DNA of 64,000 bases from a virus. Position 1 is the stretch's first letter. Each line of letters opens with the position of its first letter. Both the position numbers and the translations under genes were made by a program. Where the stretch lies: IMG/VR virus record IMGVR_UViG_3300037462_000828, positions 32,001 to 96,000 of that record, one strand, 5' to 3'. Below the pieces are notes generated by a model. It ran no database searches. It was given only the letters and a program-made list of their open reading frames with translations, and was not told where the DNA came from. Below, one piece after another: positions 34,887-44,816 of the stretch.

Positions 34887-35656
34887 CGGCCCCCCCGCCG
34901 CCGCCCGCCCGGGCGTGGAAGCCCGCCGAAGACGAAAAACTCCTCGCGTCGTGGGCCGTCGCCCGCCCCGGCCCGATCGCGAGCCGGCTCGGCCGTCGCC
35001 TGGCCGACGTCGTCGCGCGCGCCCGCGCGCTCGGGCTCGACGTTCCCGGCCCGCCGAAGCGCCTGCGCCGGTGGTCGGAGGCCGACGACATCGCCCTCGA
35101 GAGGGACTGGACGTTTTTCGAACTCCACACCATCGCCGCGCGCCTCGGGCGCAGCATTCCCTCGGTGCAAAAGCGCGCGCAGCACCTCAAACTCGGCGGC
35201 ACGATGCGCGGCCGGCGCTCGCTCGTCGCCTTCGCGCGGGCCACGGGGTACAGCGAGAAGCGCGTGCGCACCGCGGTGCGCGCCCTCGGCCTGCGCCTTC
35301 CCCGCTGCGCCCGCGCCGCGGCCGGCGCGGCGCGGCATAGCCGCCGAGGGGGCCGCCGGTGGTACGCTCTCGAGGAAGAGCACGAGCGTACCCTGCTCGC
35401 CTTCCTCGCCTCGTACCCCGACGGCGAGCGCATCCGAGTGCCCCGCCGCGCGCCGCCCGGGGCGTCGCCGCGGCCGGTCGGCCCGAGCTGGGCGCCGTGG
35501 CCCGGCCAAGCCTGCCCCGGCCCGGGCGGCGACGCCGCCTGCGCGACGCCCGACCGCGAGCACTTCTCCGGCGGCCGGTGCCGGCCCTGCTACTACCGGG
35601 CCTACCGCGCCGCCCGCGCGGCGCGCGCCGAGGGGGAGGCCGCCCGTGTGGCGTGA
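34883..35656 (+). CDS. Myb/HTH-like DNA-binding protein, paralog of upstream gene
   Basis: two WxxxED repeats; ERDW...TIAARLGRS. Confidence 0.65.
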   Translation: MTAPPPPPARAWKPAEDEKLLASWAVARPGPIASRLGRRLADVVARARALGLDVPGPPKRLRRWSEADDIALERDWTFFELHTIAARLGRSIPSVQKRAQHLKLGGTMRGRRSLVAFARATGYSEKRVRTAVRALGLRLPRCARAAAGAARHSRRGGRRWYALEEEHERTLLAFLASYPDGERIRVPRRAPPGASPRPVGPSWAPWPGQACPGPGGDAACATPDREHFSGGRCRPCYYRAYRAARAARAEGEAARVA

Positions 35657-36146
35657 CCTGCGCGCCGACATCGCTAGCCTCTTCGACGGCTGTCGCGCCC
35701 CCGGGCTCGCCGACGCCGAGGCCCGGCTCGAGCGGCTCGGCCGTCTCGCCGCCGCGCGCGCGAGCCGCCAGGCCGAGCGGCGCGCCGAGCGCCTTCGCCT
35801 CGACCCGGCCTACGCCGCCCGGAGGCGGGCCGTCGTCGCCGCGAGCAAGGCGCGCGCCGAGGGGCGCGACCCCGGGGCCTACCGGCCACGCGGCGGGCCC
35901 GTGCCGGCCCCGGCCGAGCGCCGCCGGGCCCACGCCGCGTGGGGGCCCGGGCGCCCCGCCTGCGCCGGCTGCGGCGGCACGGCCCGGGCCCACAAGGCGC
36001 GCGGGCTCTGTACCGCGTGCTACGCCCCCGCCGAGACCTTCGGGGGCCCCGAGGCTTATCGCGCCGCCGAGCGCGCCCGTATCTGTTCGGTGCGGGCGCG
36101 GGCCCGCGCGCCGTTGACGACGCAACTACGGAGAGACCCACCGTGA
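35646..36146 (+). CDS. zinc-finger protein
   Basis: CAGCG...HKARGLCTACY. Confidence 0.5.
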   Translation: MWRDLRADIASLFDGCRAPGLADAEARLERLGRLAAARASRQAERRAERLRLDPAYAARRRAVVAASKARAEGRDPGAYRPRGGPVPAPAERRRAHAAWGPGRPACAGCGGTARAHKARGLCTACYAPAETFGGPEAYRAAERARICSVRARARAPLTTQLRRDPP

Positions 36147-36324
36147 TGAACAACTCAAAGACCGGCCCCGCCGCGCCCGAAGACCTGGCCGACCTGCGGC
36201 GACGCGCCGCGAAGGCCCGCCAACTATCCGCCGATTTCGATGCCCTCGCCTGCAATCTCGAGGCCCGTGTCGCGGCGCGCGAAGCGGCGAACCGCGGCGA
36301 CGAGGCGGCCGCGCCGGAGGGCCT

Positions 36325-36894
36325 ATGATCGATCTGGCGAGCCTGCGCGTCGAGGCCGCCCGTCTCGCCCGCCGGGCGCCGCGGCACGTACGGGCCGACG
36401 CCGAGGCGGAGATCGTCGCCGCGGGCCTGGCCGGCGCGCCGCTCTCGGGCGTCATTCGCGCCATGCTACGCCCCGGACGCGGCGCCTACGGGTCGATGCT
36501 CGCGCCCCCGCAGAGCGCGCCCGACGAAGAGGCGCCGCCGCCCGACCCCGAGCGCGCCGAGGCCGAAGCCGAGCAAGACGCCCGCCTGGCCGCCGCGCTG
36601 GCGTCGGCGCCCCTTAGCGGCTTCGAGCGCGCCGTCGTCGAACGGATGCTCGGCGGGTCGACCGTCGCCGCCGCCGCGGCCGCCTGGGGGCGCACCCAAT
36701 CGGCCGGCACCTACGCGTGGCAGCGCGCGTGCGATCTCGCCGCCGGTCGTCGGCTGAGGGGCGGGCCTCGGAGGGCCGAACGCCGCTCGGGCTCCGGCGC
36801 GCCGCCCCGGGCCCCGCGTGCGGCGGCGCCGCCGAGCCCGGGGTTCGTCGACTGGTCGAACGTCGATTACCTCTTTGCCAAGAGGTCGGCGTGA
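36325..36894 (+). CDS. sigma-70 region 4-like HTH protein
   Basis: LSGFERAVVERMLGGSTVAAAAAAWGRTQS..TY...RA. Confidence 0.45.
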   Translation: MIDLASLRVEAARLARRAPRHVRADAEAEIVAAGLAGAPLSGVIRAMLRPGRGAYGSMLAPPQSAPDEEAPPPDPERAEAEAEQDARLAAALASAPLSGFERAVVERMLGGSTVAAAAAAWGRTQSAGTYAWQRACDLAAGRRLRGGPRRAERRSGSGAPPRAPRAAAPPSPGFVDWSNVDYLFAKRSA

Positions 36895-37155
36895 GCGCGG
36901 AGCCCGATTTCGCCCCGCGCACGGGCTCGGTCGCCGAAGCCCTGCGCCGACTCGACCCGGCCGCGGGGTGGCGCTACGCCGGCCCCGCGGCCGGCGGGTA
37001 CGAGCGCTTCACGCGCGCCGACGGCGGCCTGATCGACATCGATCTCCACACGGCGTGCGCCGCCCAGTCGGCCGAGGAGGTCGCGGCTTACGTCGCGGCC
37101 AAGGCCGACGAGTGGTCCGAGCGAGGCGGCCCGATCGGGTAGGCGGCGAAGGCCC

Positions 37156-37181
37156 CTTACGGGCCGGCGGGGGCGGCCGTT
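37156..37181 (+). promoter_or_regulatory. class C promoter motif
   Basis: CTTAC-N15-GCCGTT. Confidence 0.75.
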
Positions 37182-37222
37182 GGTAGGGTACGAGGGGCCC
37201 GCGATGCCAAGGGCCCCGGGAG

Positions 37223-37579
37223 GTGCCCTTGTTTGCTGACTACGACGTCCTTGCTGCCATTGCGGCCGGTCGCCCGGGCCGTACGCCCCGGCCCGTGGTC
37301 TCCGACCACGCCGTCAAGCGCTTCGTTCAGCGCATTCGACCGAGCGCCGCGTACGAGGCCGCGCGCGAGATGATCGAGCGGGCGCTCGACTCGGCCGTTC
37401 GAATGCGGCGCCGGCCGGGCGAGGCGCTCGATCTCTGGTGGGTGCCCGACCCGTCGTTTCTTCTCGCCGTCAAGGCCGACCCGTCGGGGGCTCCGACGGT
37501 CGTCACCGTCCTGCCGCCCGAGTGGCAGACGAGCGGGACGTGCCAGCGCGTGCTCGGCCTCGCCGGGGGTGACCTTTGA
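37223..37579 (+). CDS. putative BECR/RelE-like fold protein (DUF4258-like)
   Basis: SDHAVKRF..RI ... VVTVL. Confidence 0.5.
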   Translation: MPLFADYDVLAAIAAGRPGRTPRPVVSDHAVKRFVQRIRPSAAYEAAREMIERALDSAVRMRRRPGEALDLWWVPDPSFLLAVKADPSGAPTVVTVLPPEWQTSGTCQRVLGLAGGDL

Positions 37580-38202
37580 GCGCCGCCCGGCCGCCCGCGT
37601 TCGGCACGCAGGCCTACCGCCGCGCCTACCTACGCCGTCTCGAGGCGCTCTGGGCGCGCCGGCCCGACGTGACGCTGAGCGCCCTTCATCTCGAGGCGTC
37701 GCGCGCGGTCGTGCTCGCCCGGCTCGAGAACCGCCCGGCGCCCGAGGGCATGTCGGGTAGTTGCGACCCGGTCGAGCATGACGAAAAGATGCTCGAGATC
37801 CTCGCGTGGTACCTCGACAGTGGCGCCGAGCGCGGGGCCCGGGACAAGCCGCCCGGGGCTGCCCCGGCGCACAAGGCCCCGGCGTTCTCGTCTCGCGCTG
37901 TCAGCGCCCGATTGACGCGTGCAGGCCTCACGAAGCGAACCGCGGGCCGCCATTCTTCGGGCGACTTTTACGTCGGCGCCGCGGCGCGGTGGACGTTGCC
38001 CAAAGGCTCTCCGCCCACGATCGACATCTGCATCTGCCCGTCCGAGGGCGGGGCCGAGTCAAGGATGCTCTGCCACGAAAAAGCCGTCCGCGTGCTTGAG
38101 AGCGCTGGCTATACGCTAGGCAAGAACAAGCCGCCCGATGGCCTTCACGGCTTCGGCCGTATTTGGGTCATCGGCCCCCAGGTCGCCGAGGCGGCTCCGT
38201 GA
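37576..38202 (+). CDS. hypothetical protein
   Basis: overlapping tiling. Confidence 0.5.
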   Translation: MSAARPPAFGTQAYRRAYLRRLEALWARRPDVTLSALHLEASRAVVLARLENRPAPEGMSGSCDPVEHDEKMLEILAWYLDSGAERGARDKPPGAAPAHKAPAFSSRAVSARLTRAGLTKRTAGRHSSGDFYVGAAARWTLPKGSPPTIDICICPSEGGAESRMLCHEKAVRVLESAGYTLGKNKPPDGLHGFGRIWVIGPQVAEAAP

Positions 38203-38738
38203 ACCCCCGCCGCCGGCGCGTCGCGCGCCACCGCCGAGCCGCCGCCCGCGAGCGCCGCGCGCTCTTCGGCTGGCTCCGGGCGAATGCCCGCGGGTGGGGG
38301 CCCGTCCTCGCCCGAGGCGATATGTACTACGAGCTCTGCCGCACGACCCGGTGCGATTGCTGCGCCGCCGAGTACGACCCCGAACTCGCCGTGCCCCCGA
38401 GCGAGGCCGGCTGGGTCGGCGAGCGCTGCCCCGCGTGCTGGGCCGACTACAAGGGCCCGCGCCCGGTCCCCTGCCAAGGCTGCCCCGGCGCGGGCCGCTG
38501 CTACCGCCGCGCGGGCGAGGTCGCCGAGGCGTTCGGCCTGCCTTTGCCGGCCGACTACGCCGTCTTGGTCTGCGATACGTGCGGCGCGAAGAAGTGCGAG
38601 AGCGTCGACGAAATGCGCGCCCTCGCGCGCGTCGTCTACGCGGCCGCGCGCCTCGCCGGCCGCCAGGTGCGCATGGTCTTTTACGAGCTTCCGAGCGGCG
38701 AAACCGTTCGGATACCCGCGGAGTGGGTGAAGCGATGA
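38199..38738 (+). CDS. Cys-rich hypothetical protein
   Basis: multiple CxxC pairs. Confidence 0.5.
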   Translation: MNPRRRRVARHRRAAARERRALFGWLRANARGWGPVLARGDMYYELCRTTRCDCCAAEYDPELAVPPSEAGWVGERCPACWADYKGPRPVPCQGCPGAGRCYRRAGEVAEAFGLPLPADYAVLVCDTCGAKKCESVDEMRALARVVYAAARLAGRQVRMVFYELPSGETVRIPAEWVKR

Positions 38739-38913
38739 GCGGAAAACGAAACCTTCCGTCGGGCCTGTCGACGCTCGACATTTGCTGTTCGTCGTGCGGA
38801 AACCCCGCCGACGTGATACGCGCGTGCTGTCCCGAGCCGTGGGCCTGCGTGCGCAACCCCGCCGGCCGGGCCTACGCCCGGGCCGCGCACGAAGCGCGCA
38901 AGGCGGGGGCGTC

Positions 38914-40575
38914 GTGACCTCGAGAGGCAATGCGCGCCGCCGGCTGTCGCCCGCCATGGTTGCAACCCTTTTGCGCGTCGGCGCCGGCGGTAGGAAGGGC
39001 ACGTCGGATTGGTTCTGGCGAGACATGAAGCCTCTAGCTTCTAGAGGGCTCGTCGAGCGCAAAGACCCGCCGCACCCGGCCTGCAAACTCAACTTTGGCA
39101 GCGCCACTATCTACAGGCTCACGGCGCTTGGCAAAAGGGCGGTCGCCGGCTACGCAAAAGGGGTCGCGCCCGCCGACGAACTCGCCCAAGCGCGGGCCGA
39201 CCTCGCCGCGATGACGGCGCGGGCCGAGGCCGCCGAAGAGCGAGCCGCGCGCCTCGAGCGATCGGAGTCTACGGCCCTCGCGATGCTGAGCCGTTCGGTC
39301 GAAGCGAGGGCCGAACTCGAGCGATACCGATACGACGTCGAACGGGCGCTGCGGTCGGCGCTCGCGATCGAAGAATGGGACGAAGCCGTCGGCGCCGTCG
39401 GGTACGTCAAGCGCCTGCGCGAGGGGCACGGCACGCAGGCCGACGCGTGGCTCGCCTGGGGCCGCGACGCGCTTACGCGTCACGACGTCAAGCGGACGGG
39501 GGTCGAGGCCCGCGACTGGCCGAACCGAAGCGGCGAGGCCGTGCGGGACGAGATCGGGTTTCTCGTCGGCGAGGCCGATGGAGCGTGGGGGTTTGCCTAC
39601 CACGAGAAAACGAAGCGGTTGGAGGTCGAGGGGCGCGAGACGAACCTCAAGAGAGAGAAGCGTTGCCTTGCGCTCGCCCTCGAGATGCTTCGCAGCGATC
39701 GCGACCTGCGGCGCGAGGAAGCCAACGACTACTCGCGCGCCATTTGCTTCGAGACGACGTGCCTCGGTTGCGCCCGCCTGCTCGAGCAAATGCACACGCT
39801 CGAGGACGGGCCGAACGGGCGCAACCCGTGGCGCGATCGGGCCGCGCGCTGGAAGGCGTTCGCCGCCAAGGCGTGGCGCGAGAACGTCGCTATGGCCCGG
39901 GGCCTTCAGGGGGCGTACGAGCTCAACGCGCGCACCGCGGGGGCTCGCTACCGGGCCGAGAACGCGGCGGGCCGGTGGAAGGCCCTTGCGCGCGCGATGC
40001 GCAAGGGCGCGGCCACGAGCTGGTGGCTCGTCGGCGAAAGCCTCGGCGCCGCCGCCCGCGCCGAGGACGACGCGCATTGGGCACGAGAAGAGGCCGAGCG
40101 CCGGGGCGCTCACCTCGTCGAGGCCCGGCGCGAACTCGCCGCCGCGCGCCGCGACTACGACCGTTGGGCCGCCGAGAAGAACGCGGGGCGCCGACACTTG
40201 GCGGCGCGGCTTACGAGCGCCCTCGCCGGCGCCGCGCGCGCCGAGGCGTCGGCGAACGAGGCCCGCCGGGAGGCCGCCCGCGCGCACGCCGTGCTCGGGG
40301 CGCCGCCGGCGTCGCTGCTCTCCGCGGAGCAGAGCGGCGCGTCGTGGCACGGCCTCCGCGCCGAGGTCGCCGAACTCGGCCGGCAGTTTTGGTGGGCGCT
40401 CGGGTGCTGCTCGTTCGACCCGACCGACGCCGAGTCGACGGCCAAGTACCGCGCGATCGCCGACGAGGCCCGCGAGCGGCTCGTCGCCCTCGGCTACTGG
40501 GTCGACGGCCGGCGCCTCTCGCCCGAGCAGGTGGCCGCCTGGCGCGCGGGCTCCGGCGAACAAGAGGGCGGGTAG
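38914..40575 (+). CDS. long coiled-coil protein with possible N-terminal winged helix
   Basis: LASRGLVE...YRLTALGK; heptad-rich body. Confidence 0.55.
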   Translation: MTSRGNARRRLSPAMVATLLRVGAGGRKGTSDWFWRDMKPLASRGLVERKDPPHPACKLNFGSATIYRLTALGKRAVAGYAKGVAPADELAQARADLAAMTARAEAAEERAARLERSESTALAMLSRSVEARAELERYRYDVERALRSALAIEEWDEAVGAVGYVKRLREGHGTQADAWLAWGRDALTRHDVKRTGVEARDWPNRSGEAVRDEIGFLVGEADGAWGFAYHEKTKRLEVEGRETNLKREKRCLALALEMLRSDRDLRREEANDYSRAICFETTCLGCARLLEQMHTLEDGPNGRNPWRDRAARWKAFAAKAWRENVAMARGLQGAYELNARTAGARYRAENAAGRWKALARAMRKGAATSWWLVGESLGAAARAEDDAHWAREEAERRGAHLVEARRELAAARRDYDRWAAEKNAGRRHLAARLTSALAGAARAEASANEARREAARAHAVLGAPPASLLSAEQSGASWHGLRAEVAELGRQFWWALGCCSFDPTDAESTAKYRAIADEARERLVALGYWVDGRRLSPEQVAAWRAGSGEQEGG

Positions 40576-41036
40576 TGTACGCCATCGCCTGGCTCGTCGG
40601 CGCCCTCGCCCGGCGCCGGCGGGCAACCCCCGCCCCGGCCGAGGTGCCTACGGTGCGCCTGCCCGACCCCTTCCCGCCGGACGCCCCCGCGCGGGCCCCC
40701 GGCGGGCCCTACCGGGCGCCGCCCGCCCGGCCCCCGACCGAGCCCGTCCCGGGCGCCCCCGGCCCCGCCTCGGGGCGCCCGGGGCCGGCGGTCCACCCGA
40801 CGTGGTGGCGATCGTTTTGGGCGCTCGCCGCCGAGGGCCGGGTCAACGGCTTCGACCCCGACCGGGCCCGGGCGGTGCTCGCCGAGCACGACGCGGCGAC
40901 CCTCGCCGACCGGGAGGCCGTCCGCGCCTTCGAGGCGGCCGCCGCCGAGGCCGAGCGCTTTCAGTTCGTCGGGCCCGCCGAGCGGGGGCGCCTCGCGTTT
41001 CGCTACACGGTCCACCGATCGCTGATGGCGCTCTAA
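40575..41036 (+). CDS. hypothetical protein
   Basis: overlapping tiling; GGPYRAP motif. Confidence 0.5.
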   Translation: MYAIAWLVGALARRRRATPAPAEVPTVRLPDPFPPDAPARAPGGPYRAPPARPPTEPVPGAPGPASGRPGPAVHPTWWRSFWALAAEGRVNGFDPDRARAVLAEHDAATLADREAVRAFEAAAAEAERFQFVGPAERGRLAFRYTVHRSLMAL

Positions 41037-41059
41037 ACCTTCGGGCCGCCCGGGCCGTA
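41033..41059 (+). promoter_or_regulatory. class C promoter motif
   Basis: CTAAA-N16-GCCGTA. Confidence 0.7.
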
Positions 41060-41106
41060 CCCTACCGCCGAGCCCGCGGGGGAGGCCCGGGGCGCGAAAG
41101 GTACCG

Positions 41107-41718
41107 ATGATCGAGACGACGACCGACCTACACGCAACCAAGCGCGTCACCGTACCCGAGGCCGAAAAGGTGCTTGGCCCGAAGAGGGCGACCGGATTCG
41201 ACTGGCAGCCTTCCTCCGTCGAACTGGCGCGCTTCTGGTCGCGAGTGCCCGAAGTCGCCGACCCGGACGCGTGCCGCCCGTTTTCGGGGCGCCTCGTTCG
41301 CGGCTACGGGCAGTTCGACTACCGCGGCCGCGGCATCCCGTCGCACCGGTTCGCGCTCTGGGCTTCCGAGCTAAAGGGCCCGCTGCCGCCGAGGGCCATT
41401 TGCGCGCTCCACGATTGCGACAACCCGCCGTGCTGCAACCCGCGGCATTTGAAGTGGGGGACGCAAAAGAAGAACGCCGCGGACCGCGACGCGCGCGGTC
41501 GCGGCAAGGTCCCTTCGGTCGCGACAAGGCTGGCCTCGCCCAGCGGCGTCGTGCGAGGGGGGCGGCACGGCTCAGCGAAGCTTACCGCCGATCGCGTCGA
41601 AGACGCGAAAGCGATGATCGCGCGCGGCATGAGCTTCGGGGACGTGGCGGTGTTCATGGGCGTCAGCAGGGGAACGATCCACAGGGCAGTGACGGGAAGG
41701 ACGTGGTCCAATGGCTGA
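41107..41718 (+). CDS. free-standing HNH homing endonuclease
   Basis: RFWSRV..., GYG, SHR, LHDCDNPPCCNPRHLKWGT..N..D, C-terminal HTH. Confidence 0.9.
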   Translation: MIETTTDLHATKRVTVPEAEKVLGPKRATGFDWQPSSVELARFWSRVPEVADPDACRPFSGRLVRGYGQFDYRGRGIPSHRFALWASELKGPLPPRAICALHDCDNPPCCNPRHLKWGTQKKNAADRDARGRGKVPSVATRLASPSGVVRGGRHGSAKLTADRVEDAKAMIARGMSFGDVAVFMGVSRGTIHRAVTGRTWSNG

Positions 41719-43180
41719 GACGAAGAGGTTGACGGTACCGGCCGCCGAAGAGGTTCTAGGGCTGTATTTCGGCGTCCTTGACTACGGTTTTGTCGGTTTG
41801 GTTGACTATCTCGGCGGCGACCCGTCGGTCGTGCGGGCCGCCCGCGTCTCGTACGGCGCCGGCACGCGCAAAACGAGCGATGACGCGGGCCTTATCGACT
41901 ACCTGCGACGGCACGCGCACACAACACCGACCGAGATGATCGAGGTCGTCCTACATATGGCGATGCCGATGTTCGTCGCCCGGCAGTGGATAAGGACGCG
42001 CACCGCGAGCGTCAACGAATACTCGGGCCGCTACAGCCTGATGCCGCTCGTCTTCTACACCCCCCCGGCCGACCAACTTCGGCCTCAGTCGACGACGAAC
42101 AAGCAAGGCCGCGGGGGCGAGGCGCTCGACGCCGCCCGGTACGAGGCGGCCGCCGCCGCCTGGAACGACGGGCGCGACCGCGCCGTCGACGCCTACCTCG
42201 ACTTGACCGAGGGCGACGTCGCCCGCGAACTCGCGCGCATCGACCTGCCGCTCTCGACCTACACCCAGTGGTACTGGAAGATCGACCTTCACAACTTGCT
42301 CAAGATGATGACCCTCCGGGTCGACCCGCACGCCCAGTGGGAAACGCGCCAGTACGCCGAGGTCGTCGCCGGCATCGCCCGGCGCGTCGCCCCCCTCTCC
42401 TACGAGGCGTGGGTCGAGCACGACGTCGCCGGCGTTCGGTTCGGCGCGCGCGAGCGCGAGGCCCTTCGCCTCATGCTCGAGGGCGTCGCCGTCGGCACGG
42501 TCGAGGCCGCCCGAGAGGCGGGGCTCTCGGGCCGGTCGCGCGACGAGTTTTTCGCCAAACTCAAGCCGCGCCCGCGCCCCGACTTCCGCGTCGACCCCGC
42601 CGGCGGATTGCCGCCCGAGCACTTCGCCGAGCGCTTCGAGCGCCTCAACGCCGAGGCCGTCGCCGCGAGCAAGTACCGGCGCGGGATCGGCGCGCCCGAA
42701 AACGCGTTCGAGTTGATCACGCCCGAAGGCTTCGAGGCGCCCGCGGCGCCGGCGCCGAGCGAGGCCGCCGCGACGGAAGAGCCGGCCGGCGCCGTGCCCG
42801 CCGACTTCGATGCCGCCCTCGACGCGCTCGACCGGTGCCTTAGCGCCGAGGACAAGGCCGCTCTCCGCGCGCGTGGCTACGTGCCGTTTCATGCGACGAT
42901 CGGCCGCTGGATACGCAACGCGTGGGGCCTCTGGTCGACGCCGGGCGGCCCGCTCAAAGAGCACCTCGCCTCGCTCGGCCTGACGCACCCCGACGACATG
43001 AGCGGCGTCGTGCTCGCCGCCTACGTCGCGCGCCTGCGCGGCACCGGGTTCGACCTCCCCGCCGCCGTCGCCCGCTACCGGCGGTTTTGGGAGGCGCCCC
43101 GGTCGGGCCACGACCCCGAGTTGATGGCCGCCGTCGCCGACGTCGGGCCCGAGGCCGGGCCGCACGGGGGCGCGTCGTGA
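41711..43180 (+). CDS. thyX: FAD-dependent thymidylate synthase ThyX with C-terminal extra domain
   Basis: RAARVSY, H.TP.E, ARQWIRTRTASVNEYSGRY, ARELARIDLP, HAQWE.R. Confidence 0.93.
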   Translation: MAETKRLTVPAAEEVLGLYFGVLDYGFVGLVDYLGGDPSVVRAARVSYGAGTRKTSDDAGLIDYLRRHAHTTPTEMIEVVLHMAMPMFVARQWIRTRTASVNEYSGRYSLMPLVFYTPPADQLRPQSTTNKQGRGGEALDAARYEAAAAAWNDGRDRAVDAYLDLTEGDVARELARIDLPLSTYTQWYWKIDLHNLLKMMTLRVDPHAQWETRQYAEVVAGIARRVAPLSYEAWVEHDVAGVRFGAREREALRLMLEGVAVGTVEAAREAGLSGRSRDEFFAKLKPRPRPDFRVDPAGGLPPEHFAERFERLNAEAVAASKYRRGIGAPENAFELITPEGFEAPAAPAPSEAAATEEPAGAVPADFDAALDALDRCLSAEDKAALRARGYVPFHATIGRWIRNAWGLWSTPGGPLKEHLASLGLTHPDDMSGVVLAAYVARLRGTGFDLPAAVARYRRFWEAPRSGHDPELMAAVADVGPEAGPHGGAS

Positions 43181-44118
43181 GCGCGGGCAAGCACCACGGC
43201 TGGCGGCAAAGCGGCGCTACCGGGCAGTGGGCCCTCGTGGGCGACGACGCGAAGGTGTTCGTGGCGCGCCTCGGCGACGGCCGCGTTCGGCTCATCGTAC
43301 GCAAGGCGTGCGACGGCGAGGGGGCGCTACTTACGCCCGAGCAGTTCGCGTTCTTCGGCCGCATGGGGTTTCCGTCCGAGCCCGGCCCGCCCCCGCCGGG
43401 CGCCGAGGAGCCGGTCGTGATCGAGCCGGAGACCTACGCCTCGGCGCTCGCCCACTTGTCCGAGTGCCACGCGGCGCTTCCGCCGTGGCACGGCCCCCCG
43501 AACCCCTCGCTCCTCGACCGCGTCAAGGCGGCCGCCGCGCGACTCGAGACGCACGAGGCCGATCTGGCCGAGGCGTCCGGCGCGCTCATGCTGCCGCTCC
43601 CCGAGCCAGGGTCGGTCGAGGCGAAGCTCCTGCGCGCCAACGGCATCCTACGCCGCGAGCGCGACACGCTCCGTGACCTAACCCGCAAACTTGGCTTCCC
43701 CTTCGCCGACTACGACAAGCCGCGCGAGGACGACGGGGTCGTACCCCGCGACGCGTGCGAGGCGCGCATCGACCGGTTGCTCGGGTACGAGTCTGAGGGC
43801 GTCGCCGACGCGAACGCCCTTCGCGCCGCTCTCGCGGATATCAACCGGGCGATCCGCGACCTCGAGGCCCTCGCCGACGGCGGGACGGTCCACACGCGAC
43901 AAGCCCGCAAAAGGCTCGGCCATGCCGCTACGTCGATCGGCTACGCCCTCGCGCGCGCCGAGCGCCGCGCCGAGCGGTACACCGAGAGCGCGGCCGCCGA
44001 GAGCGAGGTCGCCGAGGTGCCGCCCGCCGTCGGCGTCGCTAGCCTCGCCGCCGACCTCGCCGCTCTGACGGAGCGGGTCGTCGACCTCGAGCAAAAGGCA
44101 AAGGAGCCCCGAACGTGA
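43177..44118 (+). CDS. hypothetical coiled-coil protein
   Basis: GTGA overlap. Confidence 0.55.
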   Translation: MSAGKHHGWRQSGATGQWALVGDDAKVFVARLGDGRVRLIVRKACDGEGALLTPEQFAFFGRMGFPSEPGPPPPGAEEPVVIEPETYASALAHLSECHAALPPWHGPPNPSLLDRVKAAAARLETHEADLAEASGALMLPLPEPGSVEAKLLRANGILRRERDTLRDLTRKLGFPFADYDKPREDDGVVPRDACEARIDRLLGYESEGVADANALRAALADINRAIRDLEALADGGTVHTRQARKRLGHAATSIGYALARAERRAERYTESAAAESEVAEVPPAVGVASLAADLAALTERVVDLEQKAKEPRT

Positions 44119-44816
44119 CCGCCATGCCCCCGCCCCTCTCGCTCGCCGGCGCGACCGACGAGCAACTCTGCGAACTATTTTTGGGCCCCGGCTCGTACCT
44201 GCTCTCGGCCCCCTGGCAGCCGCTCGAGATGCGCTTCGGATCGGGCTTTCTCGACGTCGCGAACCTCGACGTCGGCCTGCTCGACGCCGAGGCGTGCGCG
44301 GTCGCCATGGGCCGCGACCCGCGGTGGGGCGGGCACTCGGGCGACCGCGTCGTCTCGGTGCTCGAGCACTCGATCGTCGTCGGCGACCTCGTGCGCCGCG
44401 CGCGGCCGCGCGACATCCGGGCGCAGCTCGCCGGGTACCTGCACGACCTGCCCGAGTCGCTTCTGCGCGACATGCAATCGCCCTTCAAGCACCGGCGCGA
44501 GATGTGGTTCTATCGCTGCCTCGAGCGCCGCGTCGCCGCGCGCCAAGAGGCGGCGTTCGGCCTCTCCGTCGGCGCGTTCGAGAGCGAGGCGGTCAAGCGC
44601 GCCGACGAAATCGCTTGGATCTGCGAGATGCGCGACCTCGACATGGGCCCCGAGGGCGAGGCCTGGGCCGCCGACCGCTGCATCGATCTCCCGGCCGCCC
44701 GCTTCTACCCGATCGCGCCGCCCGATATCGAAGCGCTCGAACTTCGGTGGCTTCGCAAGGTCGCCGGCCTCTGCCGAGAACTCGGCGTGCGGCCGGCGAT
44801 TCGGGGGTTTCTGTGA
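44115..44816 (+). CDS. HD-domain phosphohydrolase (YfbR/YfdR-like 5'-deoxynucleotidase)
   Basis: SVLEHS, LHDLPE..L.D..SPFK, VKRAD. Confidence 0.85.
   Translation: MTAMPPPLSLAGATDEQLCELFLGPGSYLLSAPWQPLEMRFGSGFLDVANLDVGLLDAEACAVAMGRDPRWGGHSGDRVVSVLEHSIVVGDLVRRARPRDIRAQLAGYLHDLPESLLRDMQSPFKHRREMWFYRCLERRVAARQEAAFGLSVGAFESEAVKRADEIAWICEMRDLDMGPEGEAWAADRCIDLPAARFYPIAPPDIEALELRWLRKVAGLCRELGVRPAIRGFL

Noticed and set aside
17882-44816. MazG + HD hydrolase as a Z-base (MazZ/DatZ/PurZ) pathway
   Set aside because: No PurZ/adenylosuccinate synthetase homolog is visible and the two genes are 26 kb apart
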